A stretch of 64,000 nucleotides of DNA from Halorussus marinus (GTDB lineage Archaea; Halobacteriota; Halobacteria; Halobacteriales; Haladaptataceae), in contig NZ_SBIV01000002.1 in the NCBI RefSeq assembly GCF_004765795.1, positions 186,001-250,000 of the forward strand, read 5' to 3'. Under the pieces are notes generated by a model. The model had not been told where the DNA came from. It did not search any database and saw nothing but the letters and a program-made list of their open reading frames with translations. Position 1 is the first letter of the stretch. Every line of letters begins with the position of its first letter. This document shows, in pieces, positions 1-10,633 of the stretch. The position numbers were made by a program, and so were the translations under genes.

Positions 1-319
1 CGTCCGCGTACGAGAGGTGGTGTTCTTCGAGCAGGGGGCGCTCGTCGGAGTGGGCCATCCGGCGTTCTCCCAACCCACACCGGACGCACGCTCGATCGCG
101 GTTCCGACACCGGTAGTGGGGACACGACTCCCAGTCGCCGTCGGGGACCGCCGGACACCGCAGGTCGTCCTCGCGGCGCTCGCGGGCGAACGCCGGATCC
201 CGTTCGGGGTGTTCGAAGGCGTACCGGCACTTTCCCTCGTCGGTGAGATGGTCACAGAGCCCGGCGTGGTCGTAGGGATCGTCCACGCCGACGGGCGTCC
301 CCGAGGGCGTCTCTTTCAC
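1..319 (-). CDS. Cys/His-rich conserved haloarchaeal protein (DUF7097-like, probable metal-binding/HNH-like), truncated by window start
   Basis: Manual translation from GTG at 319: MKETPSGTPVGVDDPYDHAGLCDHLTDEGKCRY...ACVRCGLGERRMAHSDERPLLEEHHLSYAD; acidic, CxxC and HH motifs; absent from ORF track because the stop is outside the window. Confidence 0.7.
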   Translation of the reverse strand, partial: MKETPSGTPVGVDDPYDHAGLCDHLTDEGKCRYAFEHPERDPAFARERREDDLRCPAVPDGDWESCPHYRCRNRDRACVRCGLGERRMAHSDERPLLEEHHLSYAD

Positions 320-404
320 GCCCGCCACTCGGGGGTCTACGGATAAAAATGTGTAGCGACGCGCCAGCGCAACGCTTTTGCTCGCGCCGCGAACACCTCG
401 GCCC

Positions 405-752
405 GTGGAACTGATACACGAGTCGGGCGGCGAGCGACAGACCCTCGCTACCGACGTGGAGACGGCCGATTCGTTCCTCTCGCGGGCGAAGGGCCTGATG
501 TTCAGGCGGTCGATTCCCGACGACTACGCGCTGGTCTTCCGGTTCGACGGCGTCGGGACCCGGGACGTCCACATGGTGTTCGTGCCGTTCGGGCTCGACG
601 TGCTGTGGCTCCGGGACGGGGAAGTCCGGCACAAAGAGCGCCTCTCGGCGTGGACCGGGCTGGCCGAAGCCGAGGCCGACACGCTGGTCGAACTCCCGGC
701 CGGCGCCGCCGACGGCGTGGCTGTCGGCGATGCGGTTGGGCTCGACTCGTAG
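405..752 (+). CDS. DUF192 family protein
   Basis: ADSFLSRAKGLMFR, VHMVFVPFGLDVLWL and VELPAG motifs; GTG start at 405. Confidence 0.85.
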   Translation: MELIHESGGERQTLATDVETADSFLSRAKGLMFRRSIPDDYALVFRFDGVGTRDVHMVFVPFGLDVLWLRDGEVRHKERLSAWTGLAEAEADTLVELPAGAADGVAVGDAVGLDS

Positions 753-830
753 GTCCGACAGACCCGCCTGTCACAAAGGCCCCCTTAAGCCGGTCGGGCT
801 CCGAGCCCCTGTCGTGGTTTCGCATGACCC

Positions 831-2378
831 GTGAACGTTTTATTCGGGGGCTTCCCGAATAGCACACCTCTCTCAGACCGGGACGTACAGCTGTTAGATA
901 CGACGCTTCGCGACGGCGAGCAGGCACCGGGCATCTCGCTGGCGCCCGAGGAGAAAGCCGAGATAGCCGCGGCGCTCGACGCGGCGGGCGTCTCGGTCAT
1001 CGAGGCCGGGAGCGCCTGCACCGGCGAGGGCGAGCGCGAGGCGATCCGTCGGGTGACCGACCGGGACCTCGACGCTAAGATCACCAGCTTCGCCCGCGGG
1101 GTCCGCGACGACGTCGACCTCGCGCTCGACTGCGACGTCGACGGGGTCGGCATCGTGGTGCCGGCCAGCGACCGCCACGTCGAGGGGAAGGTCGGGACGA
1201 CCCGCGAGGAGGTGGTCGAGACGACCGCCGACCTCGTGGCCTACGCCCGCGACCACGGCCTGTGGGTCGAGGTGCTCGGCGAGGACGGCTCGCGGGCCGA
1301 CCTCGACTTCCTCGAAACCCTGATGGCCGAAGCTCTGGACGCCGGCGCCGACCGGGTGTGTTTCTGCGACACGGTGGGCCACGCAGGTCCCGAGCGCACC
1401 TACGAGGCGGTCTCGCGGCTCGCCGAACTGGGCCCGACCAGCACCCACACCCACGACGACCTCGGGCTCGCGGTGACCAACGCCCTCGCGAGCCTCGCGG
1501 CGGGCGCCGACCTCGTCCACGCCACGGTCAACGGCGTCGGCGAGCGGGCGGGCAACGTCGCCCTCGAAGAGGTCGCGATCGCGCTCGACCACTGCTACGG
1601 AGTCGAGACCGCGGACACGACTCGACTCTACGACCTCGCGCGCGTGGTCGCGGACGCGACCGGCGTCGCGCTCGCGCCGAACAAGGCGGTCGTCGGCGAG
1701 AACGCGTTCGCCCACGAGTCGGGCATCCACACCGACGGCACGCTCAAAGACGAGCGGATGTACGAGCCGTACCCGCCCGAGAGGGTGGGCCGCGAGCGCC
1801 GGCTCGTGCTCGGCAAGCACACCGGTCGGGCGGGCGCGAAGGCCGCGCTCGCCGAGCACGGCGTCGAAGTCGACGACGACGAGCTCGGCGCGGTTGTCGC
1901 CCGGGTCCAGCGGCTCGCCGAGCGGGGCAAGCGCGTGACCGACGCCGACCTGCTCGCCATCGCCGAGGACGTGCAGGGACGGGACCGCGACCGGCGAATC
2001 GAGCTCCGGGAACTCACAGCCACGAGCGGCGGTCCGCTCCCGACCGCGAGCGTCCGACTCGTCGTCGACGGCGACGAGCGGGTCGCCTCCGGCACCGGCG
2101 ACGGCCCCGTCGACGCCGCGGTCGCCGCGGTCCGGGAGGCGGTCGGGTCGATGGCCGACGCCAGCCTCGAATCGTACCACGTCGACGCGATCACGGGCGG
2201 GACCGACGCGGTCGTCACCGTCGAGGTCGAGATGAGCCGGGGCGACCGCACGGTGACCGTCCGGGCCAGCGACGGCGACATCACCCGCGCGAGCGTCACC
2301 GCGATGGTCGACGCGCTGGACCGACTGCTCGCGGCCGCGCCCGACGGCGAGGCCGGCCCCGCGGTCGCAGACGACTGA
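831..2378 (+). CDS. cimA: (R)-citramalate synthase / 2-isopropylmalate synthase family (DRE-TIM) with C-terminal regulatory domain
   Basis: DTTLRDGEQAPG, HTHDDLGLA, NGVGERAGN, HESGIH, GDGPVDA; CimA versus LeuA cannot be settled from motifs alone. Confidence 0.85.
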   Translation: MNVLFGGFPNSTPLSDRDVQLLDTTLRDGEQAPGISLAPEEKAEIAAALDAAGVSVIEAGSACTGEGEREAIRRVTDRDLDAKITSFARGVRDDVDLALDCDVDGVGIVVPASDRHVEGKVGTTREEVVETTADLVAYARDHGLWVEVLGEDGSRADLDFLETLMAEALDAGADRVCFCDTVGHAGPERTYEAVSRLAELGPTSTHTHDDLGLAVTNALASLAAGADLVHATVNGVGERAGNVALEEVAIALDHCYGVETADTTRLYDLARVVADATGVALAPNKAVVGENAFAHESGIHTDGTLKDERMYEPYPPERVGRERRLVLGKHTGRAGAKAALAEHGVEVDDDELGAVVARVQRLAERGKRVTDADLLAIAEDVQGRDRDRRIELRELTATSGGPLPTASVRLVVDGDERVASGTGDGPVDAAVAAVREAVGSMADASLESYHVDAITGGTDAVVTVEVEMSRGDRTVTVRASDGDITRASVTAMVDALDRLLAAAPDGEAGPAVADD

Positions 2379-2420
2379 GCGGTTCCCCTTCTTTTTGGGT
2401 CACCGGCGCGTAGGACGCGT

Positions 2421-2933
2421 ATGAGCGTTCTCGACAGGCTACGATCGACGCCGGGCGGGCGATCCGTCGAGTGGCTCGCGCTGGCGGCGAGCGTCCTCGT
2501 CTGCGAGCTCGCGGGCGTCGTGCCCTCGCTCCTGACCGCCGACGACGTGGCGACGTGGTACCCGACGCTCGCCAAGCCGGCGTTCACACCGCCGAGCTGG
2601 GTGTTCGGCCCGGTGTGGACCGTCCTCTACCTCCTGATGGGCGTGGCGCTGTATCTGGCGTGGCGTGGCGGGACGGGTCGGCGCCGCCGGATCGCGCTCG
2701 GGGCGTTCGCCGTCCAGTTGGTCCTCAACGCGGCGTGGACGCTCACCTTCTTCGGCGCCCGCGAACTCCTCGGCGGGCTGGTCGTCATCGTCGCGCTCGT
2801 TGCCACCATCCTCGCGACGATGGCGGCGTTCGCCCGGATCGACCGCCGGGCCGCGGCGCTCCTGGCTCCGTACCTGCTGTGGGTGGGGTACGCGACCGCG
2901 CTGAACTACGAAATCTGGCGGCTGAACGGCTGA
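2421..2933 (+). CDS. tspO: TspO/MBR family membrane protein
   Basis: WYPTLAKPAFTPPSWVFGPVWTVLYLLMG and PYLLWVGYATALN. Confidence 0.93.
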   Translation: MSVLDRLRSTPGGRSVEWLALAASVLVCELAGVVPSLLTADDVATWYPTLAKPAFTPPSWVFGPVWTVLYLLMGVALYLAWRGGTGRRRRIALGAFAVQLVLNAAWTLTFFGARELLGGLVVIVALVATILATMAAFARIDRRAAALLAPYLLWVGYATALNYEIWRLNG

Positions 2934-3074
2934 CTCGGTGGTGCCGTCGCGACCGAGTATCGGGCCGTTACTCGCGAGCAGGCCGTCCCAACCCTCGCCT
3001 GATTCGGGCTTGACCGCGGTTACCGCGAGTTTGCGCGCCGCATAACAAAGGACGGCTGTGGCGTCGGCTGGGTC

Positions 3075-3473
3075 GTGTCGAACAGTTCGGTCTCGGAGAT
3101 CGGTGTGGCCGGCGGTCGCTACGGCGTGGGCGCGAGCCGCGCCGCGCTACTGGTGGTGTTGATCGCCGGCAAGGCGCTCGACGCGGTCAGCACGGTGACG
3201 GTCCTGTCACTGCGCGACGACGTCTACGAGTCGATGTACGTCACCCGGACGCTGATGCAGGAACTCGGGATGGTGCCCGGGGTGCTCGTCACCGTCGTCA
3301 TCGCGGTCGGGGGCGTGGCGCTACTGGCCGAGAGCGCCGAGGTGGTGGCTCGAATCGTCCCCGAGGGGTGGGCCCCCGACGACTACCCCGCGGCGTTCCG
3401 GGTCGTGACCTACGCCTCGGCGGGAGTGTGGTACGGCTTTCTCGGAGTCCACAACTTCATGTTGCTGTTCTGA
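3075..3473 (+). CDS. Hypothetical membrane protein
   Basis: 132-aa ORF with about three hydrophobic segments, fills the gap before the tRNA. Confidence 0.6.
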   Translation: MSNSSVSEIGVAGGRYGVGASRAALLVVLIAGKALDAVSTVTVLSLRDDVYESMYVTRTLMQELGMVPGVLVTVVIAVGGVALLAESAEVVARIVPEGWAPDDYPAAFRVVTYASAGVWYGFLGVHNFMLLF

Positions 3474-3507
3474 ACAGCCGCGGCTCGCCGGTGTGGGAAC
3501 GAAGAAG

Positions 3508-3592
3508 CGCCGAGGAGGAGATTTGAACTCCTGTGTCCGTGAGGACAGTTGCTCTCGAAGCAACCGCCTTGGCCGGGCTAGGCTACCTCGGC
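3508..3592 (-). tRNA. tRNA-Ser (CGA)
   Basis: Reverse complement GCCGAGG...CCTCGGC-G acceptor stem, anticodon arm GTTGC-TTCGAGA-GCAAC, long variable arm, GTTCAAATC T-loop. Confidence 0.95.
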
Positions 3593-3692
3593 TCGTCTCG
3601 ACGTACCGCCGTCTCGGACTTAGTGGTTTCGATTCCGCGCCCATCCTTCAACCGACCGTCACATTCAAGCGAGTGGCACGCCGGGGTAGCGT

Positions 3693-4652
<960 letters not shown>

Positions 4653-4714
4653 GACCGTTTCACTTTCACCGCGGTTGGCTCGCCTTTATTTCGGAGCGCC
4701 GGACACTGACGGGT

Positions 4715-4903
4715 ATGGACGACGACCGCGAGACGGATTCCGAGACGCGAGAGACCGACGACACCGCGCGACCCGACCGCGAGGACGAAGGCGGCGAGGA
4801 GAGCGCCGACGCCGACCTCCGCGACCTCGATCCGAACGCCGAGGACGCGGCTCGCCGGGTCGAACGCCAGCTCCGACGGGTTCGGCGCGAAACGCGGCCT
4901 TAG
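4715..4903 (+). CDS. Small acidic hypothetical protein
   Basis: 62-aa D/E-rich ORF with basic C-terminal helix; CTTTATTT TATA-like box about 28 nt upstream of the ATG. Confidence 0.5.
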   Translation: MDDDRETDSETRETDDTARPDREDEGGEESADADLRDLDPNAEDAARRVERQLRRVRRETRP

Positions 4904-5400
4904 GCCCGAAGCGCCGAGGTCAGCGCGACCGCCCCGAGCAACAGGAACACCAGCGCCGTCACGGGCTGGCCGCCCGACGACCCGAGGTAGATCGCGTACC
5001 CCAGTCCGCCGGCGCCCGCGCCGACGACCGTGCTGGCGGCGGCGTGGGTCGCCTCCAGTTGGGCGGTGTCGGCCGCCCGGCCCAGTTGCTCGCCGACGTT
5101 GATCGCCTGCTCGCCGAAGTCCCACGCGAGCACCGCGGCGATGACACCCGGCAACAGCAAGAACGGCGCCCCGGTCAGGACGCCGCCGGCGAGCGCGCCG
5201 ACGAGCAGGCCGCTCGCGCCCAGCCCGACAGCGCGCCGCCAGCCCCGGGCGAGACCGATCGCGACGAGGACGAACCCGGCCGCGCCGAACCCGAGCCCGA
5301 TCGTCGAGGTGAGCGCGCTCGCCCCCGCCGAGATCGCCGCCGCCGAAGCCGCCAGCGCCGACGACAGCACCGCCGGCGACCGGTCGATCTCGCGGGTCAC
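4900..5400 (-). CDS. Membrane protein of the MoxR/DUF58 locus (DUF7519-like)
   Basis: GTG overlaps upstream stop (GTGA); hydrophobic with AWDFGEQAINVGEQLGRAADT. Confidence 0.75.
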   Translation of the reverse strand: MTREIDRSPAVLSSALAASAAAISAGASALTSTIGLGFGAAGFVLVAIGLARGWRRAVGLGASGLLVGALAGGVLTGAPFLLLPGVIAAVLAWDFGEQAINVGEQLGRAADTAQLEATHAAASTVVGAGAGGLGYAIYLGSSGGQPVTALVFLLLGAVALTSALRA

Positions 5401-6692
5401 GCGGTCCACCTCCGAGCCGACCGTTCGAGCGCTACGCCGAGTCGGTCGTCGAGCGACCAGTCGATGGCGCGGATTCCGGCCTCCCGGAGCCCCGTGAGCC
5501 GGTGGGCGCGCCGGGTCCGGGCGAGGCGCTGGCCCGGCGTCTCGGTCGCGGTGGGGTCGGGGCTGAGGACGGTCACGAGGTGGCCCTCGGCGTCGAGCCG
5601 GCGGGCGACCTCGCCGGCGAAGTCGTCGCACAGCGGCGTGACGAACAGGACCTGCGAGGAGGGCGGGAGCCGCTTGCGGAGCCACTTCAGCCGGCTCGTC
5701 GGGTAGAAGGTGCCGCCGGCGGGCACCGGCCCGAACGCCGGGTGGGTCGCCAGCAGGTCCCGGGCCCGGGCCTGATGATCGTGGCCCGCGCCCGGCGCGA
5801 GCCAGCACGTCTCGGGGCCGAACGACGCCAGCCCCGCCCGGTTGCCCGCGTCGAGGAGCTTGGTCAGCGCCTTGCCGGCGGCGTCGACGCCGTACTGGAC
5901 CGCGTTCCGGTCGTCGCCCGGCGCCGAGCAGTAGGCCTCCTCGCGGGCGTCGACGACCACCACCACGCTGGCGGCCCGTTCCTCCCGGAAGTCGATCGTC
6001 GTGAGATCGCCCGTCCGTGCGAGCCGGTTCCAGTCGACCCGCGAGAGGGGGTCGCCCCGGCGGTACTCCCGGGTGGCGTGGAACTCGACGCCGGAGCCGC
6101 CCGAGTCGGTGGTGACCCGACCGGTGTACTGGGTGGTCTGGGCCCGCAGGGGCACGTCGACCGTGGTGCCGAGCTTCGGCACGCAGGTGAGCGTGGTCTC
6201 GCACTCGATTTGGGTCTCGACCTCGGTCGCCCCGCTGAAGTCCCGGGCGACCACCGAGACGGGGTCGAAGGCGTGGTCGCCGCGTTCGGCGGTCACGGCG
6301 TAGGTGAGCCGGGCGGTCTTGCCGGGGCGGAGCGCGGTCCCGAGCCGGGGCGAGCCGTCGACGACCCCGAGCGCGTCCGGAACGCCGTCGACCAGCCGGA
6401 GGTCCGGGAGCGTCGCGTCGCCGACGTTCTCGACGGTCAGGTGCACCGTCACCTCCTCGCCCGGCAGGGGTTGGTCGTCGCTCACCGCGCGGGTCACCTC
6501 GAGGGCGACCGCCGGCGGGCTCGCGGTCCGGGCGTAGGCCGCGAACGCGACCCCGACCACGCCCGACAGCAGGACGACGGGACTGCTGAACAGCACGCCC
6601 AGCCCGCCCGCCAGAAACGCGACCGCACTGACGCCGCGCCAGCGGTTCGTCGTCCGGATCGTCCGGCTCCGGTCGTCGTCGCGGTCGCTCAT
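5397..6692 (-). CDS. DUF58 domain protein (vWA-like, MoxR-associated)
   Basis: GSGVEFHATREYRRGDPLSRVDWNRLAR; N-terminal TM pair; start MSDRDDDR overlaps upstream stop. Confidence 0.9.
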   Translation of the reverse strand: MSDRDDDRSRTIRTTNRWRGVSAVAFLAGGLGVLFSSPVVLLSGVVGVAFAAYARTASPPAVALEVTRAVSDDQPLPGEEVTVHLTVENVGDATLPDLRLVDGVPDALGVVDGSPRLGTALRPGKTARLTYAVTAERGDHAFDPVSVVARDFSGATEVETQIECETTLTCVPKLGTTVDVPLRAQTTQYTGRVTTDSGGSGVEFHATREYRRGDPLSRVDWNRLARTGDLTTIDFREERAASVVVVVDAREEAYCSAPGDDRNAVQYGVDAAGKALTKLLDAGNRAGLASFGPETCWLAPGAGHDHQARARDLLATHPAFGPVPAGGTFYPTSRLKWLRKRLPPSSQVLFVTPLCDDFAGEVARRLDAEGHLVTVLSPDPTATETPGQRLARTRRAHRLTGLREAGIRAIDWSLDDRLGVALERSARRWTA

Positions 6693-7285
6693 CGCGACCC
6701 CTCCCGCGCGTCGGCGTCGTCGCCGACCCCGGCCACCCGAGCGACGGCGTCGGCGGTGCGACGCATCTGGTGTTGGCGAAGCGACTCCGAGCCGGCGACG
6801 AACCGGAGCTTCGACCGGAACGGCAGGCGGGGTCCGTCCGGGCCGGCGAGAAACGCCGCGGCGTACCGGTCGTCGGTCCACTCGCCGGCCTCGATCCGTT
6901 CGCGGGCGGTCGCCGGCGAGCAGTTGCGGGCGTGGGCGACCGCCGTCACCGCGGTCTCGGTGAGATGCTCGCGGATGTCCTCTCGCTCGCGGACCGTGGT
7001 CCGGCGGGCGCCCGCCCCGAGCCCCGCCACGCGGTCGTCGAACGCCTCGCCCGGGGTCGGCACGGTCTCTACCGTCTCGACGTCGGGCGTCGCCGCGCCG
7101 CGGATCTCGGTCGATCGGCGGCGCTGAACGACCCGGACCGCCTGCACGACCGCAAGGAGTCCGACCACGGTGACCGCCACGTAGTCGGCGCCGACGGCGG
7201 CCGCGAGCCCCGGCTGGACGACCAGCAGGACGCCGAGTCCGACCGCCCCCACGCCGACCGCGGTGAGAATCGGGTGATCGGTCAT
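6689..7285 (-). CDS. Membrane protein (DUF7269-like)
   Basis: Two N-terminal TMs, GEWTDDRYAAAFL; ATGA-coupled to neighbours. Confidence 0.75.
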   Translation of the reverse strand: MTDHPILTAVGVGAVGLGVLLVVQPGLAAAVGADYVAVTVVGLLAVVQAVRVVQRRRSTEIRGAATPDVETVETVPTPGEAFDDRVAGLGAGARRTTVREREDIREHLTETAVTAVAHARNCSPATARERIEAGEWTDDRYAAAFLAGPDGPRLPFRSKLRFVAGSESLRQHQMRRTADAVARVAGVGDDADAREGSR

Positions 7286-8232
7286 CGACCGGGCCCTCCG
7301 TCGTCGGCGTACTCCTCGACGCTTCGGAGCGCGTCCAGCGCCCGGCGCTCGCGGTCGTCGGTCGGCGACTCGCCACCGTACCGGACTTCCTCGAACAGCG
7401 CGGTGAGTTCCTCTACGTCCTCCCGATCGATGCCCGCCTCGACCGCGGCCGCCGCGAACTCGGCGGGCGTGCTGGAGTCGGGGTTGGCCACGTCGAGATG
7501 GCTGGTCATCTCGCGCCACGCCCGGTAGACCTCGTTGTCGACGTCGGTCGCGTCCTCGATGCGGTCGGCGGCCGCGCCGGCCGCCCGGCCCACCGCGGCG
7601 ACGTCCTCTCGGGTCTCGGGGCCGGCGACCGACTCGTCGGGGTCGGCGTCGTCGCCGCTCGACGAGACGACCAGTAGCGCGACCGCTCCCGCGAGCGCGA
7701 GGCCGAGTCCGACCAGAAGTAACACCGAGGGGTCGGTCAGAGTCGTCCCCGACCCCGACCCCGGCACGCCGCTCCCGCCGCCGGGCAACGAGATGTTACC
7801 GGCCCCGCCCGGGAGCAGGCTCTCGGACTCGGAAGTCGACGGCGAGAGACACGCGGTGAGCAACGCGTGGGCCAGCACGAGCGGGATTCCGACCGGAAGG
7901 GCGTATGCCACGACCCCGATCCCGCCGAGCCGACGGTACGCGAGATACCCCCCGAGCGCGAACGCCGCGACGATCAGCCCGACCGCCCACGGTTCGACCA
8001 ACATGGGGTAACACGGGAAGTCGAACCCGAGCCCCGCGCCCGCCGATCCGTTCCCGAGGCTGAACTCGGGGTCGGCGCCGCCGGGCGACCCCGCGTCCGA
8101 CGCCGGCGATCCGACGCCGAACCCGCCGCCGGCGTCGGTCCGAACCGCCGAGTTCAGCGTCGCGGCCGCCACGCCGATAGCGAGGACACACAACAGCGCC
8201 AGGACGACGGGCCGTACGGTATCGCTGTCCAC
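7282..8232 (-). CDS. DUF4129 domain membrane protein
   Basis: NEVYRAWREM...TPAEFA...LTALFEEVRYG C-terminal domain. Confidence 0.85.
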   Translation of the reverse strand: MDSDTVRPVVLALLCVLAIGVAAATLNSAVRTDAGGGFGVGSPASDAGSPGGADPEFSLGNGSAGAGLGFDFPCYPMLVEPWAVGLIVAAFALGGYLAYRRLGGIGVVAYALPVGIPLVLAHALLTACLSPSTSESESLLPGGAGNISLPGGGSGVPGSGSGTTLTDPSVLLLVGLGLALAGAVALLVVSSSGDDADPDESVAGPETREDVAAVGRAAGAAADRIEDATDVDNEVYRAWREMTSHLDVANPDSSTPAEFAAAAVEAGIDREDVEELTALFEEVRYGGESPTDDRERRALDALRSVEEYADDGGPGR

Positions 8233-8407
8233 GGCAGAAGGTAGCGCGATTGATACCTTAGCGTTTGGGGATTCGTCCCGGGATCGAACGCCGGCGATAC
8301 CCGACGGCGTTCGAGTCGAGCGGGGTCGGGTCGCCGGTCGCCCACCCAGAGTTATCCACCGTCTCCGTTTCTAAAAATTTAAATTGTATAAGTATCAGAA
8401 TTATCCT

Positions 8408-10633
8408 ATGGCAGGGCTATCGCCGTCTCCGGAAGCGCCGGGATCGGCTCCCGGCAGCCCCGAACCGCCGACGGTTCCGGCGCCGAAGCCGCCGGACGAC
8501 CCCGACGCGTGGTACGCGCCGACCGTCCGCGACCAGTACGAGCTCCACCCCGACGTGATCGCCACCATCCGCGAGGCCGGCGAGGGCTTCGACTACCGCG
8601 TGCGAGAGCCGAGCCTCTCGCCGGCCGGCGCCGACGCCCTCTCCCGGGTCGAGGAGCACTTCTCGGACGCGAACCTCCGGCGGCCGGTGACCCGGGAGGG
8701 CGCGACCGAGCGGATGGACGCGGGCCTCGACCCGAAGTACCGCCGGATCGTCGACCGGCTCACAGATCTGCCGCCCGAGGCCCGCCGGCGGGTCGAGTAC
8801 CGAGCGCTCCGAGACCTGCGGTGTCTGGGCGAGCTCACTCCGCTCGCGCTCGATTCCGGCATCGAGGTCGCCGACACCGCCGGCGACCGCCTCGTGGTCC
8901 ACACCGACGACTACGCGCCCGCCGACACCGCCCTGCCCGCCGACGCCGACTTCCTGAGCCGGTTCGCCAGCGAGCGCGTCGAGACCCACGCGGTGGGGTT
9001 CCGGAACTTCCGGGTGCCGGTCGTGATCTACCGCGAACACCTGCTGGCGAACGACGCCTTCACCACGAAGTACGCGGTCCAAGAGCCCGATCTCCTGCCC
9101 GGCGACGAGGAACTGATACGCGAGTGCAAAGACCGCATCTGGGAGACCAACGTCGACGGCGTGGTCGAAGACCGGGCGGCGTTCGTGCGCGAGCGCGCCC
9201 GGACCTTCCTCTCGCGGCGGCTCACCGCCCGCAACACCCGAGCGTGGCTCGACGCCGCGGCCTACCGCACGCGGGCCGCCCTCGCGGAGTACGATCTGGC
9301 GGTGCCGCCGGTGAACCACCGCTTTTCGACCGATCGGCTCTCGGACCTCGTCTACTACGTGATGCGGGACTTCGTTGGCCACGGCAAGCTCACGATCCCG
9401 ATCCGGGACGACCTGCTCGAAGACATCGAGGCCAACCGCGTGGGCGAACGCATCAAGGTCGTCCCGCGGGGCCGCGAGATCGGCCACGGCGAGCGCATCC
9501 CGACCAACCTCTCGTTCGACGACGAGTCGGCGTTCGTCAACGTCGTCACCCAGATGGCCGCCGCCGACGGCACCGAGCTCAACGCCTCGAACCCGAGCGC
9601 GAAGGTGAACCTCCAGCCGGAGGGCGTCCCCGACGGGACGACCATCCGGTGTGCGGTCGCGCTCGGAGTCATCAGCGAGGACGGCCCACACATCTCGATC
9701 CGCAAGCAGGCGCCCGAGGCGATGACGCCCGTCGACCTGCTCGAATCCGAGAGCCTCTCGACGGAGATCGTGACCCTGCTGTGGCAGGCCTACGAGCACC
9801 ACGGCGTCGTCCTCTTCTCGGGGCCGACCGGGGCCGGCAAGACGACGCTGATGAACGCCCACATGCCGTTCGTGCCCTACCGCGACCGCCCGATCTCGAT
9901 CGACGAGGGCTCCCGGGAAGTCCGGCTCCCCCACGAGACGAGCGTCTCGCTCACCACGCGCGACCACGAGAGCGACTACAAGCGCGTGACGATGGCGGAT
10001 CTGATGACCGAGTGCAACTACCTGAATCCGGACGTGGAGGTGATCGCGGAGATCAACACGCCAGCGAGCTTCCGGACGTTCGCCGAGAGCCTCAACACCG
10101 GCCACGGCATCATCGGCACAACCCACGCCGAGGACGTCGAGAAGCTCGTCAATCGGGTGGTCGAGCAGGGCCTGCCGCCCTACCTCCTCCGGGAGCTCGA
10201 TCTGGTCGTGTTCCCTCGGCGCGTCGACGGCGAGCGATACGTCGGCGAGGTCGTCGAACTCCTCTCTGAGTCGGCGTTCGAGGCACTTGACGCCGACCGG
10301 TCGCGGTGCGGCGCGGTCCACAAGGACGACGCCACCGTCTACTGGAACACGGTCGCGTACCGGGACACCGACGGGCGATACCGGTTCGCGTACGACCACC
10401 CCCAGCTCGGCGACGACGAGCGCGACCGGCGCCACCGGTTTTTCCACCGTCTCGCGGCCCGCGGCGACCGCACCGTCGAGGACGTCGAGGCGGAGTTTCA
10501 CCGGAAACACCGGTACGTCCAGTACCTCCAGCGGGAGGGAATGGACGACTTCGAGGCGCTGTTCGGGTTCCTCTCGGACCTCCAGACCAACGAGGCCGCG
10601 ACCGTCGAGCGCGCCAACCGGGGGGCGCCGTGA
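8408..10633 (+). CDS. pilB: Type IV pilus assembly ATPase (PilB/VirB11/ArlI family)
   Basis: Walker A GPTGAGKT, SIRK, Asp box SIDEGSRE, His box TGHGIIGTTHA. Confidence 0.9.
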   Translation: MAGLSPSPEAPGSAPGSPEPPTVPAPKPPDDPDAWYAPTVRDQYELHPDVIATIREAGEGFDYRVREPSLSPAGADALSRVEEHFSDANLRRPVTREGATERMDAGLDPKYRRIVDRLTDLPPEARRRVEYRALRDLRCLGELTPLALDSGIEVADTAGDRLVVHTDDYAPADTALPADADFLSRFASERVETHAVGFRNFRVPVVIYREHLLANDAFTTKYAVQEPDLLPGDEELIRECKDRIWETNVDGVVEDRAAFVRERARTFLSRRLTARNTRAWLDAAAYRTRAALAEYDLAVPPVNHRFSTDRLSDLVYYVMRDFVGHGKLTIPIRDDLLEDIEANRVGERIKVVPRGREIGHGERIPTNLSFDDESAFVNVVTQMAAADGTELNASNPSAKVNLQPEGVPDGTTIRCAVALGVISEDGPHISIRKQAPEAMTPVDLLESESLSTEIVTLLWQAYEHHGVVLFSGPTGAGKTTLMNAHMPFVPYRDRPISIDEGSREVRLPHETSVSLTTRDHESDYKRVTMADLMTECNYLNPDVEVIAEINTPASFRTFAESLNTGHGIIGTTHAEDVEKLVNRVVEQGLPPYLLRELDLVVFPRRVDGERYVGEVVELLSESAFEALDADRSRCGAVHKDDATVYWNTVAYRDTDGRYRFAYDHPQLGDDERDRRHRFFHRLAARGDRTVEDVEAEFHRKHRYVQYLQREGMDDFEALFGFLSDLQTNEAATVERANRGAP

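Noticed and set aside
5397..7376. Apparent 659-aa DUF58 protein (likewise 10287-13283, 23675-25276, 44297-46081, 60926-62413)
   Set aside because: N-terminal extensions are shadow frames over the upstream gene; true starts are internal, mostly at or near the upstream stop
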